Source: Bacteroidota bacterium
Lineage (GTDB): Bacteria; Bacteroidota; Bacteroidia; Chitinophagales; LD1
Assembly: GCA_026391075.1 (NCBI GenBank)
Contig: JAPLES010000002.1
Span: 156,673 to 220,672, forward strand
Direction: 5' to 3'
Length of the DNA stretch: 64,000 bases
Shown: positions 1 to 9,870 of the stretch, one piece after another
Position numbering within the stretch: position 1 is the first letter of the stretch
Layout: each line of letters begins with the position of its first letter
Notes under the pieces: model-generated
The model's database searches: none
Seen by the model: only the letters and a program-made list of their open reading frames with translations
What the model was told of the DNA's origin: nothing
Made by a program: the position numbers and the translations under genes

Positions 1-767
1 TGTTGATGTGCATGAATGAATTTATATTCCACCGGGGCGCTTGCCGGATGAAAAACCTGTGAGTGATTGAACCAAACTTTTTCACCGGTAACAGGATGTG
101 TAATAGTTGCAGCGGTGCGATGTAACAAGCGCAGGTTATCATCCTTCAGCCATTCAAATTCTATTTCCTGTTCGCGACATTGTTTTTCTACTTCGGCTTT
201 ATCGCTGGTATGAAAAATTTCGTTCCACTTCTTCAACTGAAAAAGATTAAATGGATTGTTTTTTTTTGGGTTTGAATAATTGCGCACAGTGATAATTCCT
301 TTAGTGTCGAACGCCTCACGAATTTCCGGATTCAATTCTGCGTACACTTTTCTGAAATTGCACAATGGTGATTCGCCACCGTAAGAAGGTTCCACGTGGC
401 AATAAAAAAAGATGCTGATGGGCGGGTGTTTCACATAAGTCATTTCACAGTGCTGCGGAATAGGATAATAACCCGGCAGCTCACTCGCGGTGTAAACGAA
501 AGTGGTGTCCTTCACAATGTTTCGTGGAGAAGTACCGTAGTAATCATTTTTCAAACGATTGTCCACTTGAAGCGCAACATCTTCAAAAGCTTTTGGTGTA
601 TCAATTTCGAAACCACGTAACAGAATGGCACCATGCTTAAAAAACCTTTTCTCTAAATCTTCTTTGTTCGCGCGCATCCATTGCAATAATTCCTGTTTGG
701 ATTTTCCGTTTCCGTTGGGCTCTATGATGAGCGGCAACTGCTGCGCGTTGAGGAAGGATTGTTTCAT
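1..767 (-). CDS. TauD/TfdA-family Fe(II)/2-oxoglutarate dioxygenase (partial, 3' end outside window)
   Basis: Minus-strand frame is open to the window edge with ATG at 765-767. My own translation reads MKQSFLNAQQLPLIIEPNG..HGAILLRGF..PGYYPIPQHCEMTY..FFYCHVEP..GGESPLCN, which resembles SyrP/TauD-like oxygenases. It is missing from the ORF track because it is truncated. Confidence 0.65.
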   Translation of the reverse strand, partial: MKQSFLNAQQLPLIIEPNGNGKSKQELLQWMRANKEDLEKRFFKHGAILLRGFEIDTPKAFEDVALQVDNRLKNDYYGTSPRNIVKDTTFVYTASELPGYYPIPQHCEMTYVKHPPISIFFYCHVEPSYGGESPLCNFRKVYAELNPEIREAFDTKGIITVRNYSNPKKNNPFNLFQLKKWNEIFHTSDKAEVEKQCREQEIEFEWLKDDNLRLLHRTAATITHPVTGEKVWFNHSQVFHPASAPVEYKFIHAHQ

Positions 768-784
768 TTATTAAAATTACAAAT

Positions 785-1486
785 TCACACACCGAAAAGA
801 AAAATACAATAGCGCTTATTGATATCTAGCTTGTCATTTTTCCATGCCGCAATTTTTTTAGTGCGGATAAACTGAGTGGGCAGCGTAAGGTCGCAGGCTA
901 TGCAAAGGTTGGTATCGGGGTTGCAGGCTCTAAGCACTTCATCAAATAATTTTTGATTGCGGAAAGGAGTCTCCATAAAAATCTGTGCTCCCTTCTGTGC
1001 AGCAGCTTCGAGCTTTTTTAATTTACCGGTGCGCTGCGCGCTGTCTATCGGTAAATAACCATGAAAACAAAATTGCTGTCCGTTGAAACCCGAAGCAATA
1101 AGCGCAAGCAAAATAGAAGAAGGACCAACCAGCGGAACAATTTCAATATCGTAGATGTGTGCATACGCCACCACTTCACTTCCGGGATCTGCTATACAGG
1201 GATTACCGGCTTCAGAAATTATACCTGCGTTTTTTCCCTGCATTACATTTTGCAAAAGCAGTTGGCAGTTCTGTTGCTTCGCGTGTTTATCTAATTCATG
1301 CATCGTAACTTCAGTATCAAAATTCTTTTTGAAACCAATGGCGCGTAAGTATCTACGAGCTGTGCGCGCATCTTCAACAATAAATTCGTTCAAGCCCTGA
1401 ACGCAATTTTTTATTTGGTCAGTGATAATAGAAGGATTGTCTTCGCCAAGAAAAGAAGGAATGAGAAATAATTTTCCGTGAGACAT
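785..1486 (-). CDS. Tetrapyrrole-methylase-fold SAM-dependent methyltransferase (RsmI-like)
   Basis: 233 aa. N-terminus is LFLIPSFLGE..., followed by GIISEAGNPCIADPG and ..GPSSILLALIASG blocks typical of the TP_methylase / RsmI family. Confidence 0.7.
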   Translation of the reverse strand: MSHGKLFLIPSFLGEDNPSIITDQIKNCVQGLNEFIVEDARTARRYLRAIGFKKNFDTEVTMHELDKHAKQQNCQLLLQNVMQGKNAGIISEAGNPCIADPGSEVVAYAHIYDIEIVPLVGPSSILLALIASGFNGQQFCFHGYLPIDSAQRTGKLKKLEAAAQKGAQIFMETPFRNQKLFDEVLRACNPDTNLCIACDLTLPTQFIRTKKIAAWKNDKLDINKRYCIFLFGV

Positions 1487-1495
1487 TTTTTGTGT

Positions 1496-3772
1496 TTATG
1501 GTGAAGATGGTGTTTCTTCTTTCTTGCTGGTGTCTATTGCACTGCAATTAAAATTAAACAGCGCAGAAGAATCGCTCGGTAAAGAAAACTCATCGTGCTT
1601 TAATTGCACAGCGCGGTCGTTAAAACTCTTATGCAAAAATGCGCCAACAATTGGCATGGCTGCTGTAGCACCCGCACCCGAGTGATTAGATGCAAAGTGA
1701 ACACTCGGTTGCTCGAAGCCCACCCAAGCACCAACCACTATATCGGGATTGTAACACATGAACCAGGCATCGGCATTGCTCTGTGTGGTTCCGGTTTTTC
1801 CGGCAAGCGGCATTTGTAAACCATAGTGTGGCCGCAGCGATGCGGCAGTTCCTTTATTGATGACACCCTTCAACATTTCGGTGAGTGTGTAAGCAGTTTT
1901 TTCGGGAATAGCTTCTTTTTGTGTAGTGCCGAATTGCGCCAACACGTTTCCATCTTTATCTTCAATGCGCTTAATAAAATATGGTTTGCTGTATGTACCC
2001 AGGTTAGCGAAGCAGGTGTAAGCACCAACCATTTCGTAAAGAGAAATATCGCAAGTGCCAAGGCAAAGCGAAGGCACTGCATCGAGATTGCTTTCAATTT
2101 GACAGTGGCGCGCAAACTCCACTAATTGATTCGGGTCACCAATATCGCACATGATGCGCGCGGTGATGCGATTGTCAGAAGCAGCAAGCCCATCTTTCAT
2201 AGGAACCATTTCTCCTTCTTTCCATTTGTCGGTACCATCAGGATTCCAATTGGCATCAATGCCCGGGCACTCGGGAGCTAAGTAGGGAATGAGCGAACAC
2301 GGCTCATAATTTCTTTCAAGCGCAAGCGCATACAAAAACGGTTTCATCGTTGAACCCACTTGTCGCTTTGTGCTTTTCTTTACGTGGTCTAATTGAAAGT
2401 AACGAATGTTCGGTCCGCCAATCCACGCTTTTACTTCACCTGTTTTTGCATCTACTGCTAAAAACCCAACCTGAATTATTTGCAGATAATACCGCAGTGA
2501 ATCAAGCGGACTCATCACCGTATCTAAGCTTTGAGATTTATCGCCATGCCAGGAAAAAACTTCCATTTTAATTTTCGTTTCGAAAATCTTTTTGATTTCC
2601 GCATCGCTCTTTCCTTGTGCTTTTAAATCCTTATAGCGGTCACTTTGCTTCATCATCTTATCAAGTAAATCGGGTTTTGCTCTGCTACCAATTTTCCAAG
2701 GGTCGCGACCATGCCATTCTTTAAAATATGCATCCTGCAAATTAGTGAGGTGTTCGGCAACTGCACTCTCCGCATATTTCTGCATGCGCGAATCAATTGT
2801 GGTAAAAACTTTTAAGCCATCTTCGTACACATCCCACTTGCTTCCATCGGGTTTCAAATTTTTATCGCACCAGTTTTTTAATTCCTGACGAATGTATTCG
2901 CGAATGTAAGTGCCTACGCCTTCGCGATAATCGGGATTATGAAAGTTCAATTTGATTTTCAGTTTCGAAAGCGAATCGCATTGGTGTTGTGTAATTGCAT
3001 TGGCTTCTGCCATTCTTCGCAACACTAAATTTCTTCTTTCTGTTGCGCGCTCTTCGTGCATACGCGGATTGAAACGCGCGGGAGCATTCAACATACCAAT
3101 AAGCATGGCTGCTTCTTCGGGCTTTAGCTCTTTTGGTGTTTTATAGAAATAAGTGAATGCTGCGGTTTTAATTCCGTACGAGTTGTAATGAAACCCAATG
3201 GTGTTCAGGTAAAGGTTGATAATTTCTTCCTTAGTAAATGTGCGCTCTATTTTTGCGGCCAGCACCCACTCTTTTAATTTTTGCGAAAGCCGCGTAAACG
3301 CTCCGGCTCTTTCAAAATCTGCATGAAAAAGATTTTTTGCCAATTGCTGAGTAAGTGTTGAACCGCCACCACCATCCTGCCCCGGCACAAAAGCCAAGGT
3401 GATGGCGCGGAATAAACTTTTTAAATCAATACCACTATGCTCGTAGAAGCGTTTGTCCTCCGTTGATACCAATGCATTTACCAAGTAAGGCGAAAGTTCC
3501 GCATAAGAAATTTCAATTCGGTTCTCGTTGTAATAAGAACCGAGCACTTCGTAATCTGCCGAATAAATGCTGGTGCTAACAGCGCTGTTGGGGTTTTGAA
3601 TAGCATCTAGGTCGGGCATTTTTCCAAGCATGCCGAAATTAACTCCAACAAAAAACAAGGCAATCAAAAGAATGAATGCCCAGAGAATAATCTGAACGCG
3701 AAAAAAAACTTCCCAAAAATTATTCGGATTGAATTTGAAGAAACGACTTGTTGCTGATTTCGATTTTGCCAC
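1496..3772 (-). CDS. mrcA: Class A penicillin-binding protein 1A (glycosyltransferase + transpeptidase)
   Basis: 758 aa with an N-terminal TM anchor. GT51 motifs EDKRFYEHSGID and GGSTLTQQLAKN are present. Transpeptidase motifs STMKP (SxxK) and KTGTT are present. Confidence 0.92.
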   Translation of the reverse strand: MAKSKSATSRFFKFNPNNFWEVFFRVQIILWAFILLIALFFVGVNFGMLGKMPDLDAIQNPNSAVSTSIYSADYEVLGSYYNENRIEISYAELSPYLVNALVSTEDKRFYEHSGIDLKSLFRAITLAFVPGQDGGGGSTLTQQLAKNLFHADFERAGAFTRLSQKLKEWVLAAKIERTFTKEEIINLYLNTIGFHYNSYGIKTAAFTYFYKTPKELKPEEAAMLIGMLNAPARFNPRMHEERATERRNLVLRRMAEANAITQHQCDSLSKLKIKLNFHNPDYREGVGTYIREYIRQELKNWCDKNLKPDGSKWDVYEDGLKVFTTIDSRMQKYAESAVAEHLTNLQDAYFKEWHGRDPWKIGSRAKPDLLDKMMKQSDRYKDLKAQGKSDAEIKKIFETKIKMEVFSWHGDKSQSLDTVMSPLDSLRYYLQIIQVGFLAVDAKTGEVKAWIGGPNIRYFQLDHVKKSTKRQVGSTMKPFLYALALERNYEPCSLIPYLAPECPGIDANWNPDGTDKWKEGEMVPMKDGLAASDNRITARIMCDIGDPNQLVEFARHCQIESNLDAVPSLCLGTCDISLYEMVGAYTCFANLGTYSKPYFIKRIEDKDGNVLAQFGTTQKEAIPEKTAYTLTEMLKGVINKGTAASLRPHYGLQMPLAGKTGTTQSNADAWFMCYNPDIVVGAWVGFEQPSVHFASNHSGAGATAAMPIVGAFLHKSFNDRAVQLKHDEFSLPSDSSALFNFNCSAIDTSKKEETPSSP

Positions 3773-3864
3773 AAAACAAATTTATGCGCTTGCCGATTAC
3801 ATAACGCAAACCGCGCAAAATCATTATAACAGGAAAAGATTTTTTTGAATAGAGGAGAGGACAA

Positions 3865-4440
3865 TTATTTTTCCTTGTGCTGCACGGTCAGTTCTAACGC
3901 TTCGTAAAAGTCGGCACCGTATTTTCTAATCAGCGCATCTTTCAAAAATTTGTAAACAGGAACCTTCAATGCTTTGCCGTTTTTGCAAGCAGCTTTACAT
4001 ACGTGCCAGCGTTCGTAGTTCACCGCATCGTAGTGTTTGTATTTAGTAATGCGAATGGGATAGAGATGACAACTAATTGGTTTTTTCCAATCAATAACTT
4101 TGTCGTTGTAGGCTTGTTCAATTCCGCAACCAACCACACCGTGCTTATCGCGCACGAGCCAAGCACAGCCTTCGGTTTTGTTCATGAGTGTGGTGCACCA
4201 TTCTTTATTTTCTTTTACATAAACATACTTACCTTCTTTTTCAATCGTAGCAATTCCCTCCGGGGTTAGGTAGGGTTTTACTTTGTCGTAAATGTCATCC
4301 AATATCTGCAATTCGCTTTTGTCGATTGGTGCTCCAAAATCTCCGGCAGTACAACACGCGCCTTTGCATGCAGTAAGGTCACAAACAAATTGTTCTTCTA
4401 CCACATCATCGCTGATGGTTTTGTCGTCAATTACAATCAC
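3865..4440 (-). CDS. DUF3109 family Cys-rich protein
   Basis: Motifs FVCDLTACKGACC..GAP and KPISCHLYPIRITKY..AVNYERWHVCKAA are characteristic of DUF3109. The family N-terminus aligns to VIVIDDKTI, so the GTG at 4440 is the likely start. The ORF-track version extends to ATG 4548. Confidence 0.7.
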   Translation of the reverse strand: MIVIDDKTISDDVVEEQFVCDLTACKGACCTAGDFGAPIDKSELQILDDIYDKVKPYLTPEGIATIEKEGKYVYVKENKEWCTTLMNKTEGCAWLVRDKHGVVGCGIEQAYNDKVIDWKKPISCHLYPIRITKYKHYDAVNYERWHVCKAACKNGKALKVPVYKFLKDALIRKYGADFYEALELTVQHKEK

Positions 4441-4561
4441 GGGTTTTGCTTTTGTTCGAATTTGTTTACAAAGAAAAATCCCGCTGGAGTTTCGATAGCA
4501 TCTACACTCATGGGCGGGATTTTTTCTTATTTCAATACTTGATACCAACTACTTAATACTT

Positions 4562-5059
4562 TTATTTTCCGAGATAAAACTCTTCGTTTCCTTTTCTAAG
4601 ATTCAAATTGTTTTTTGTCAAATCAAGAATGCGATATATTTCTGTCGCGTTATCAGAATCATCGCGAAGTTGTAAATCTTCTTCGCTATTAATCAAATCC
4701 CATTTGCCAATGCGCATACGAGGCACAATTGTAGTATCCATAAAACGCAAGGTGTCCATCAAGATAGTATAGGTTGAAGTTACGCTATCGTATCCCAAAG
4801 TGTCGGAATAAATGATAGAGTCTGCTGCAAAAAAATAATCTTTCCATGTTTTAGTGTAAACTAAATCTTCGCCAATGGTTAGCTTCCAATCACGTAAAGT
4901 TGTATCGTACATAATGGTTTTGTCTTGACCGCTGAAAAGATATTTGCTCACGCTCCAGGTTCCAACAATTTTTTTCACAAACGATTTTCTATCGCAAGCA
5001 GAGAGCATTACCAAAAAACCAATAGCAACAAGAATTATTGTTTTCGTTTTGTTTGTCAT
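4562..5059 (-). CDS. Hypothetical lipoprotein (lipocalin-like), paralog of the next gene
   Basis: Signal peptide plus lipobox (VMLSAC). GTWSVSKYLFSGQDKT and a C-terminal LDLTKNNLNLR block are shared with the neighbouring ORF. Confidence 0.6.
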   Translation of the reverse strand: MTNKTKTIILVAIGFLVMLSACDRKSFVKKIVGTWSVSKYLFSGQDKTIMYDTTLRDWKLTIGEDLVYTKTWKDYFFAADSIIYSDTLGYDSVTSTYTILMDTLRFMDTTIVPRMRIGKWDLINSEEDLQLRDDSDNATEIYRILDLTKNNLNLRKGNEEFYLGK

Positions 5060-5080
5060 AGCCAGTTATAGTTTGAAATT

Positions 5081-5539
5081 TTAAGGGGTTTTAGGTTTAT
5101 CCATATACAACTGCGAAGTATCATTGCGTAATTGCACATGATCTTTTGTTAGATTGAAAATGGTGTATTTGCGAGTAAGTGTATGTGGAAGTTCCAGCGT
5201 ATCGTAATAAGCTATCATAGCCGTGTCGTAAAGAGTATCAATGTAGTAAGTGTAATATTCGTTTTGCAATACAATTTTTTCATCGTTGTCTTCAAAAGTA
5301 TAGGTGCCGTTAACTATAGTGGTATCTATAAAAGATTGTGTTTCGGTAAATTTTCCATCGCTGGTAAAGGCAATGGTATAGTTTGGATGGGTAGTTTGAA
5401 ACTGTGTAGTTTTATCAGTGTTGTTGAGTATGTATTTGTATACTTCCCAAAGCCCGTTGAGATTGTCTTTATAGATTTTTTCTTTGTTGCAACCAGCTAC
5501 AACCAAAAGAATCAATAGCAATGCGTAAATCTTTTTCAT
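5081..5539 (-). CDS. Hypothetical lipoprotein (lipocalin-like), tandem paralog
   Basis: Internal ATG at 5539 gives MKKIYALLLILLVVAGC (lipobox). GLWEVYKYILNNTDKT and FNLTKDHVQLR parallel the upstream paralog. The longer ORF to 5644 lacks a signal-peptide context. Confidence 0.6.
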   Translation of the reverse strand: MKKIYALLLILLVVAGCNKEKIYKDNLNGLWEVYKYILNNTDKTTQFQTTHPNYTIAFTSDGKFTETQSFIDTTIVNGTYTFEDNDEKIVLQNEYYTYYIDTLYDTAMIAYYDTLELPHTLTRKYTIFNLTKDHVQLRNDTSQLYMDKPKTP

Positions 5540-5730
5540 TACACTTTTGTTTTTCTGAATGCCGAAGATATAAAAGTTTTGAAACGAGCAATATCGTGGA
5601 GCGTGTTTCTGAATCTTATTTTTGGGCGAAGTGGGGTAGCGCAAACATCAGTTAAACTATTTCTAGTTTCTCTATATTCGCAACAACAAAATTCACCCCG
5701 TAGATTTTCTCTGCGGGGCTAACTCTTTTT

Positions 5731-8700
5731 ATGTCAATAGAAGAAATACTTACACGCTACTCCGAAAGTTCTCAGGTAAAACAACTCATCTCGTTATTAA
5801 CCGAAAACTCAATTGCTCCCTTTAAAGCGCTGAGTGTTCAGGGCCTAATAGGCTCGCAGGATGCATTTGTGGCTGCCGCCATTTTTAAGCAGACAGACTT
5901 CAATCATCTGTTTGTAATGAGCGATAAGGAAGAAGCCGCTTATTTTCAGAACAACCTCAAGAACATGCTCGGCACTAAAGATGTTTTTTTCTTCCCCGAT
6001 TCGTTTAAGCGCCCGCAGGATTTTAGCGAGGTAAACAACAACAATATTTTGCTGCGCACCGAAACCGTTAACCGGTTGAGTAATTCGAACAGCAAAGCGG
6101 AGTTGGCGGTTACTTACCCCGAGGCACTGTTCGAAAAAGTGGTTAGGCAGGATGTGCTGAACGAGCAAACGCTGCGCATGCGTGTAAACGAAAAGTTCGA
6201 TGTAGATTTTATGATTGACCTGCTCGTGGAGTTTGAATTTGAGCGCGTTGATTTTGTGTACGAGCCTGGGCAGTTTAGTATTCGTGGAGATATTGTAGAT
6301 GTGTTTTCGTTCGGCAACGAGTTTCCGTACCGCGTGGAATTGTTCGGTGAGGAGATTGAAAGCATCCGCACTTTCGACCCGCTTACGCAATTAAGCCAAA
6401 AGAAAATTGCTAGCGTTACCATAGTGCCGAACATTCAATCGCACTTTACCAACACACAAAAAACATCGGTGCTCGAAGTGTTTCCACCCAACACCATCAT
6501 CTGGTTTAAAGATGTGCAGATGCTGATGGATGTTTTTGGTTCGTCCATTGAGAAGGCGAAAAAAATTCAACCGGATATTAAGAAGCATCGGATAGAGCAT
6601 CCGCACCATCCTTTGCTCGAAGGTGAACCGGAGGAAGTGTTTCTTTCCTCGGCAGATTTTCTGAAAGGCATTTCGCGTTTCAGAGTAGTGGAGTTTGGCC
6701 GCAACAGTTTCTTTCAAGCAGAAGAACGTATTTCTTTTCACGGCAAACCGCAGCCATCGTTCAATAAAAATTTCGATTTGCTTATTCGGAATCTGCATGA
6801 TAACAACGAGCGCAGTTACACCAATTTAATTTTTGCCGAGAACCCGAAACAGATTGAGCGCTTCGATGCAATCTTTCACGATTTAAAACCGAAGTTGGCT
6901 GTTAGTCCCCTTGGGGATGAGGTGATTTTTATTCCTGTTTATATTGGTTTGCATCAGGGCTTTTTAGATGACGATTTAAAACTCTGCTGCTATACTGACC
7001 ATCAGATATTCAACCGGTACCACAAATACAATTTGCGTCAGGGTTTTAGTCGCGACAAAGCGCTGCTTCTGAAAACGCTTCGCGAATTAAAGCCCGGTGA
7101 TTTTGTTACACACATCGACCACGGTGTGGGAGTGTTCAGCGGCCTCGAAAAAATTGAAGTGGGAGGACAGATGCAAGAGTCTGTTCGATTGATTTATTCC
7201 GGAAACGATTTGTTGTATGTGGGTATTCAATCGCTCCACAAAATTTCGAAGTATGTCGGTAAGGATGGCGATGCACCGCGCGTAAACAAACTTGGCACCG
7301 ATACGTGGAGCAATCTGAAAAAGAAAACGAAGAAGCGAATCAAAGAGCTCGCCTTCGATTTAATTCAGTTGTATGCAAAACGAAAAGCATCAAAAGGTTT
7401 TCAATTTTCGCCCGATGGTTATATGCAGAATGAACTCGAAGCTTCATTCATGTATGAAGACACACCCGACCAGGCAAAAGCAACTGAAGATGTAAAAAGC
7501 GATATGGAAGCGGTATCACCAATGGACCGGTTGGTGTGTGGCGATGTGGGTTTTGGTAAAACAGAAATTGCTATACGCGCGGCATTTAAAGCTGCAACCG
7601 ATGGAAAGCAAGTTGCGGTGTTAGTGCCTACTACTATTCTTGCGATGCAGCATCACAAAGTTTTTAAAGAACGCTTAGCTGATTTTCCGGTGGAGATAGA
7701 TTACCTCAATCGTTTTAAAACAGCGAAGGAAAAGAAAGATACGCTTACTAGTTTAGCTGAAGGAAAAACAAATATCATTATCGGTACACACGGCTTGGTA
7801 GGTAAGAGCGTAAAGTTTAAAGACCTTGGCTTGATGATTATAGACGAAGAACAAAAATTCGGAGTGGGCACTAAAGAAACCTTGAAAACATTTAAAGCGA
7901 ATGTAGATACACTTACACTTACCGCTACACCAATTCCACGCACACTTTCTTTCTCGCTAATGGGCGCGCGCGACTTGAGCATCATCAATACAGCGCCACC
8001 TAACCGCCAACCGATAACAACCAGCGTGCATCCGATGGATCCCGATTTAATTAAAGAAGCTATTGAGTACGAAATTTATCGCGGTGGTCAGGTCTTCTTC
8101 GTGCACAATCGAGTGCGCGATATTGGCGAAGTGAAAGAAATGCTGATGAAGATTGTGCCGAACATTGATGTAGGTGTAGCGCACGGACAAATGGAAGGGG
8201 ATGCACTTGAAAATGTTTTATTGAAATTTATCAATCGCGAATACGATGTGCTGCTATGCACCAACATTATTGAAAGCGGAATTGATATTGCGAATGCGAA
8301 TACCATGATTATAAATAATGCGCACCAGTTTGGTTTAAGCGACTTGCATCAACTGCGCGGTCGTGTTGGACGGAGCAACAAACATGCGTTTTGTTATTTG
8401 CTCGCGCCACCCCTAAGCACATTAAGTAGTGAAAGTCGTCAGCGACTAAAAACCATTGAAGAGTTTTCTGATTTAGGAAGTGGCTTCAACATTGCCATGC
8501 GCGATATGGATATACGCGGTGCGGGCAATATGCTTGGCGGAGAGCAAAGCGGTTTTATTGCTGAGATTGGTTTGGAGGTGTATCAAAAAATTTTGGACGA
8601 AGCGGTGCGCGAGTTAAAACAAACCGACTTTAAAGAACTTTACAAAGAGGAGTTTGAGCGCACACATGATTACGTGCGCGACTGCGCTATCGAAACCGAT

Positions 8701-9138
8701 TTAGAAATGTTGATACCTAACGAATTTGTTTCGAACACCACCGAGCGCATGTTGCTCTACCGCGAGTTGAACGATATTAAAGATGAATTGGCTTTAAAGA
8801 AATTTGAAGACCAACTGCACGACCGCTTTGGTCCAGTGCCGGAACCGGTGTATGAATTGTTTGAAGCCATGCGTCTGAAATGGATGGCGACCAAACTCGG
8901 CATGGAGCAAATTATTTTAAAAGGAAGAACCATGCGCTGTTACTTTGTAGCCAATCAGGAATCGAGTTTTTATAAGAGCGCGGTGTTCAGCAAAATAATG
9001 GAATATGTGCAAGAACACCGCACCGGTATTTACCTCCGCGAAACCGAAAAATTTTTAGTGCTTACGTTTGAGAAAGTAAGAACTATGAAAGAAGGAGATG
9101 AAAAGTTGAGTGAGTTGAGCGCTAAAGTGTTCGGATAA
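5731..9138 (+). CDS. mfd: Transcription-repair coupling factor Mfd
   Basis: 1135 aa. Contains a CarD-like region (GDFVTHIDHGVG), helicase motifs GDVGFGKTE, DEEQKFG and TATPIPRT, and a QLRGRVGRS block. Confidence 0.95.
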   Translation: MSIEEILTRYSESSQVKQLISLLTENSIAPFKALSVQGLIGSQDAFVAAAIFKQTDFNHLFVMSDKEEAAYFQNNLKNMLGTKDVFFFPDSFKRPQDFSEVNNNNILLRTETVNRLSNSNSKAELAVTYPEALFEKVVRQDVLNEQTLRMRVNEKFDVDFMIDLLVEFEFERVDFVYEPGQFSIRGDIVDVFSFGNEFPYRVELFGEEIESIRTFDPLTQLSQKKIASVTIVPNIQSHFTNTQKTSVLEVFPPNTIIWFKDVQMLMDVFGSSIEKAKKIQPDIKKHRIEHPHHPLLEGEPEEVFLSSADFLKGISRFRVVEFGRNSFFQAEERISFHGKPQPSFNKNFDLLIRNLHDNNERSYTNLIFAENPKQIERFDAIFHDLKPKLAVSPLGDEVIFIPVYIGLHQGFLDDDLKLCCYTDHQIFNRYHKYNLRQGFSRDKALLLKTLRELKPGDFVTHIDHGVGVFSGLEKIEVGGQMQESVRLIYSGNDLLYVGIQSLHKISKYVGKDGDAPRVNKLGTDTWSNLKKKTKKRIKELAFDLIQLYAKRKASKGFQFSPDGYMQNELEASFMYEDTPDQAKATEDVKSDMEAVSPMDRLVCGDVGFGKTEIAIRAAFKAATDGKQVAVLVPTTILAMQHHKVFKERLADFPVEIDYLNRFKTAKEKKDTLTSLAEGKTNIIIGTHGLVGKSVKFKDLGLMIIDEEQKFGVGTKETLKTFKANVDTLTLTATPIPRTLSFSLMGARDLSIINTAPPNRQPITTSVHPMDPDLIKEAIEYEIYRGGQVFFVHNRVRDIGEVKEMLMKIVPNIDVGVAHGQMEGDALENVLLKFINREYDVLLCTNIIESGIDIANANTMIINNAHQFGLSDLHQLRGRVGRSNKHAFCYLLAPPLSTLSSESRQRLKTIEEFSDLGSGFNIAMRDMDIRGAGNMLGGEQSGFIAEIGLEVYQKILDEAVRELKQTDFKELYKEEFERTHDYVRDCAIETDLEMLIPNEFVSNTTERMLLYRELNDIKDELALKKFEDQLHDRFGPVPEPVYELFEAMRLKWMATKLGMEQIILKGRTMRCYFVANQESSFYKSAVFSKIMEYVQEHRTGIYLRETEKFLVLTFEKVRTMKEGDEKLSELSAKVFG

Positions 9139-9146
9139 GCAACAGA

Positions 9147-9488
9147 TTATTTTTCCGAAATAATCTTCAACAGGTTTTCCTTCAACTTCGGCAGCTCACT
9201 TTTAGCCGTATTGTAAATAGTGAAAGTGGAAACACCGTAATATTCATGAATAAGTTTGTTGCGCATATCGCTCATCAGTCGCCATTCAATTTGTGGATGT
9301 TGCAGTTTGAATTCAACAGAAACATTGGAAGCGGCTGCGCCAATAATTTCAAATCTTCTTATCACAGCATCCTGCACCAATAAGTTTTGGTCGAAATCAA
9401 ACTCGCTTAAGTTGGTGAGATACCTTTCAATTGCATCAATCGATTCAAGAATATCTTTCAGATAAACATGGCTGTCGCGCTCCTTCAT
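9147..9488 (-). CDS. hepT: HepT-like (DUF86/HEPN) RNase toxin
   Basis: 113 aa with the HEPN Rx4-6H motif in MRNKLIHEYYGV. A 4-bp overlap with the upstream nucleotidyltransferase gene gives the classic MNT-HepT arrangement. Confidence 0.85.
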   Translation of the reverse strand: MKERDSHVYLKDILESIDAIERYLTNLSEFDFDQNLLVQDAVIRRFEIIGAAASNVSVEFKLQHPQIEWRLMSDMRNKLIHEYYGVSTFTIYNTAKSELPKLKENLLKIISEK

Positions 9489-9763
9489 ATCAAGGTAATG
9501 GCTTGTTGCAAAACACGCTCGCGGATAGATGGCTTGATAGCCGCAAACTCTACCAAATCAATTTTGCGGTTTAGTTTTTCCTGAAGTGTTTGCTCCATAC
9601 GCAGCATATCGAAAATAGTGAAACCTTTCTTTGGCTCAATAAGAATATCAATATCGCTCGTGTCGGTTTCTTCATTGCGCGCAAAAGAGCCAAACAGCGA
9701 AACGCGCTGTAAAGGAAACTGCTGCAACAGTTGCGTAAGCTGTAATTGAAATTGCTGACTCAT
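9485..9763 (-). CDS. mntA: MNT-type nucleotidyltransferase antitoxin
   Basis: 92 aa with a minimal nucleotidyltransferase motif, LFGSFARNEETDTSDIDILI (GS..DxD). Confidence 0.85.
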   Translation of the reverse strand: MSQQFQLQLTQLLQQFPLQRVSLFGSFARNEETDTSDIDILIEPKKGFTIFDMLRMEQTLQEKLNRKIDLVEFAAIKPSIRERVLQQAITLI

Positions 9764-9870
9764 GGTGCTAAAATAATGAATTAAGTATGTAAGCTAATTC
9801 GGTAATTAAAAATTCTCTACTTGTTTTAGGCTGTCCTGTTTCTCTGCATACATTCGCCCCCGAATTAACC

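Noticed and set aside
396-620. 74-aa plus-strand ORF at the window start
   Set aside because: It is antisense to the open TauD-like frame, which has clear family motifs. It is a shadow ORF.
5845-6798. Long minus-strand ORFs (181, 106 and 135 aa) inside mfd
   Set aside because: They lie entirely antisense to a well-supported 1135-aa gene, have no motifs and show odd composition. They are typical shadow ORFs.
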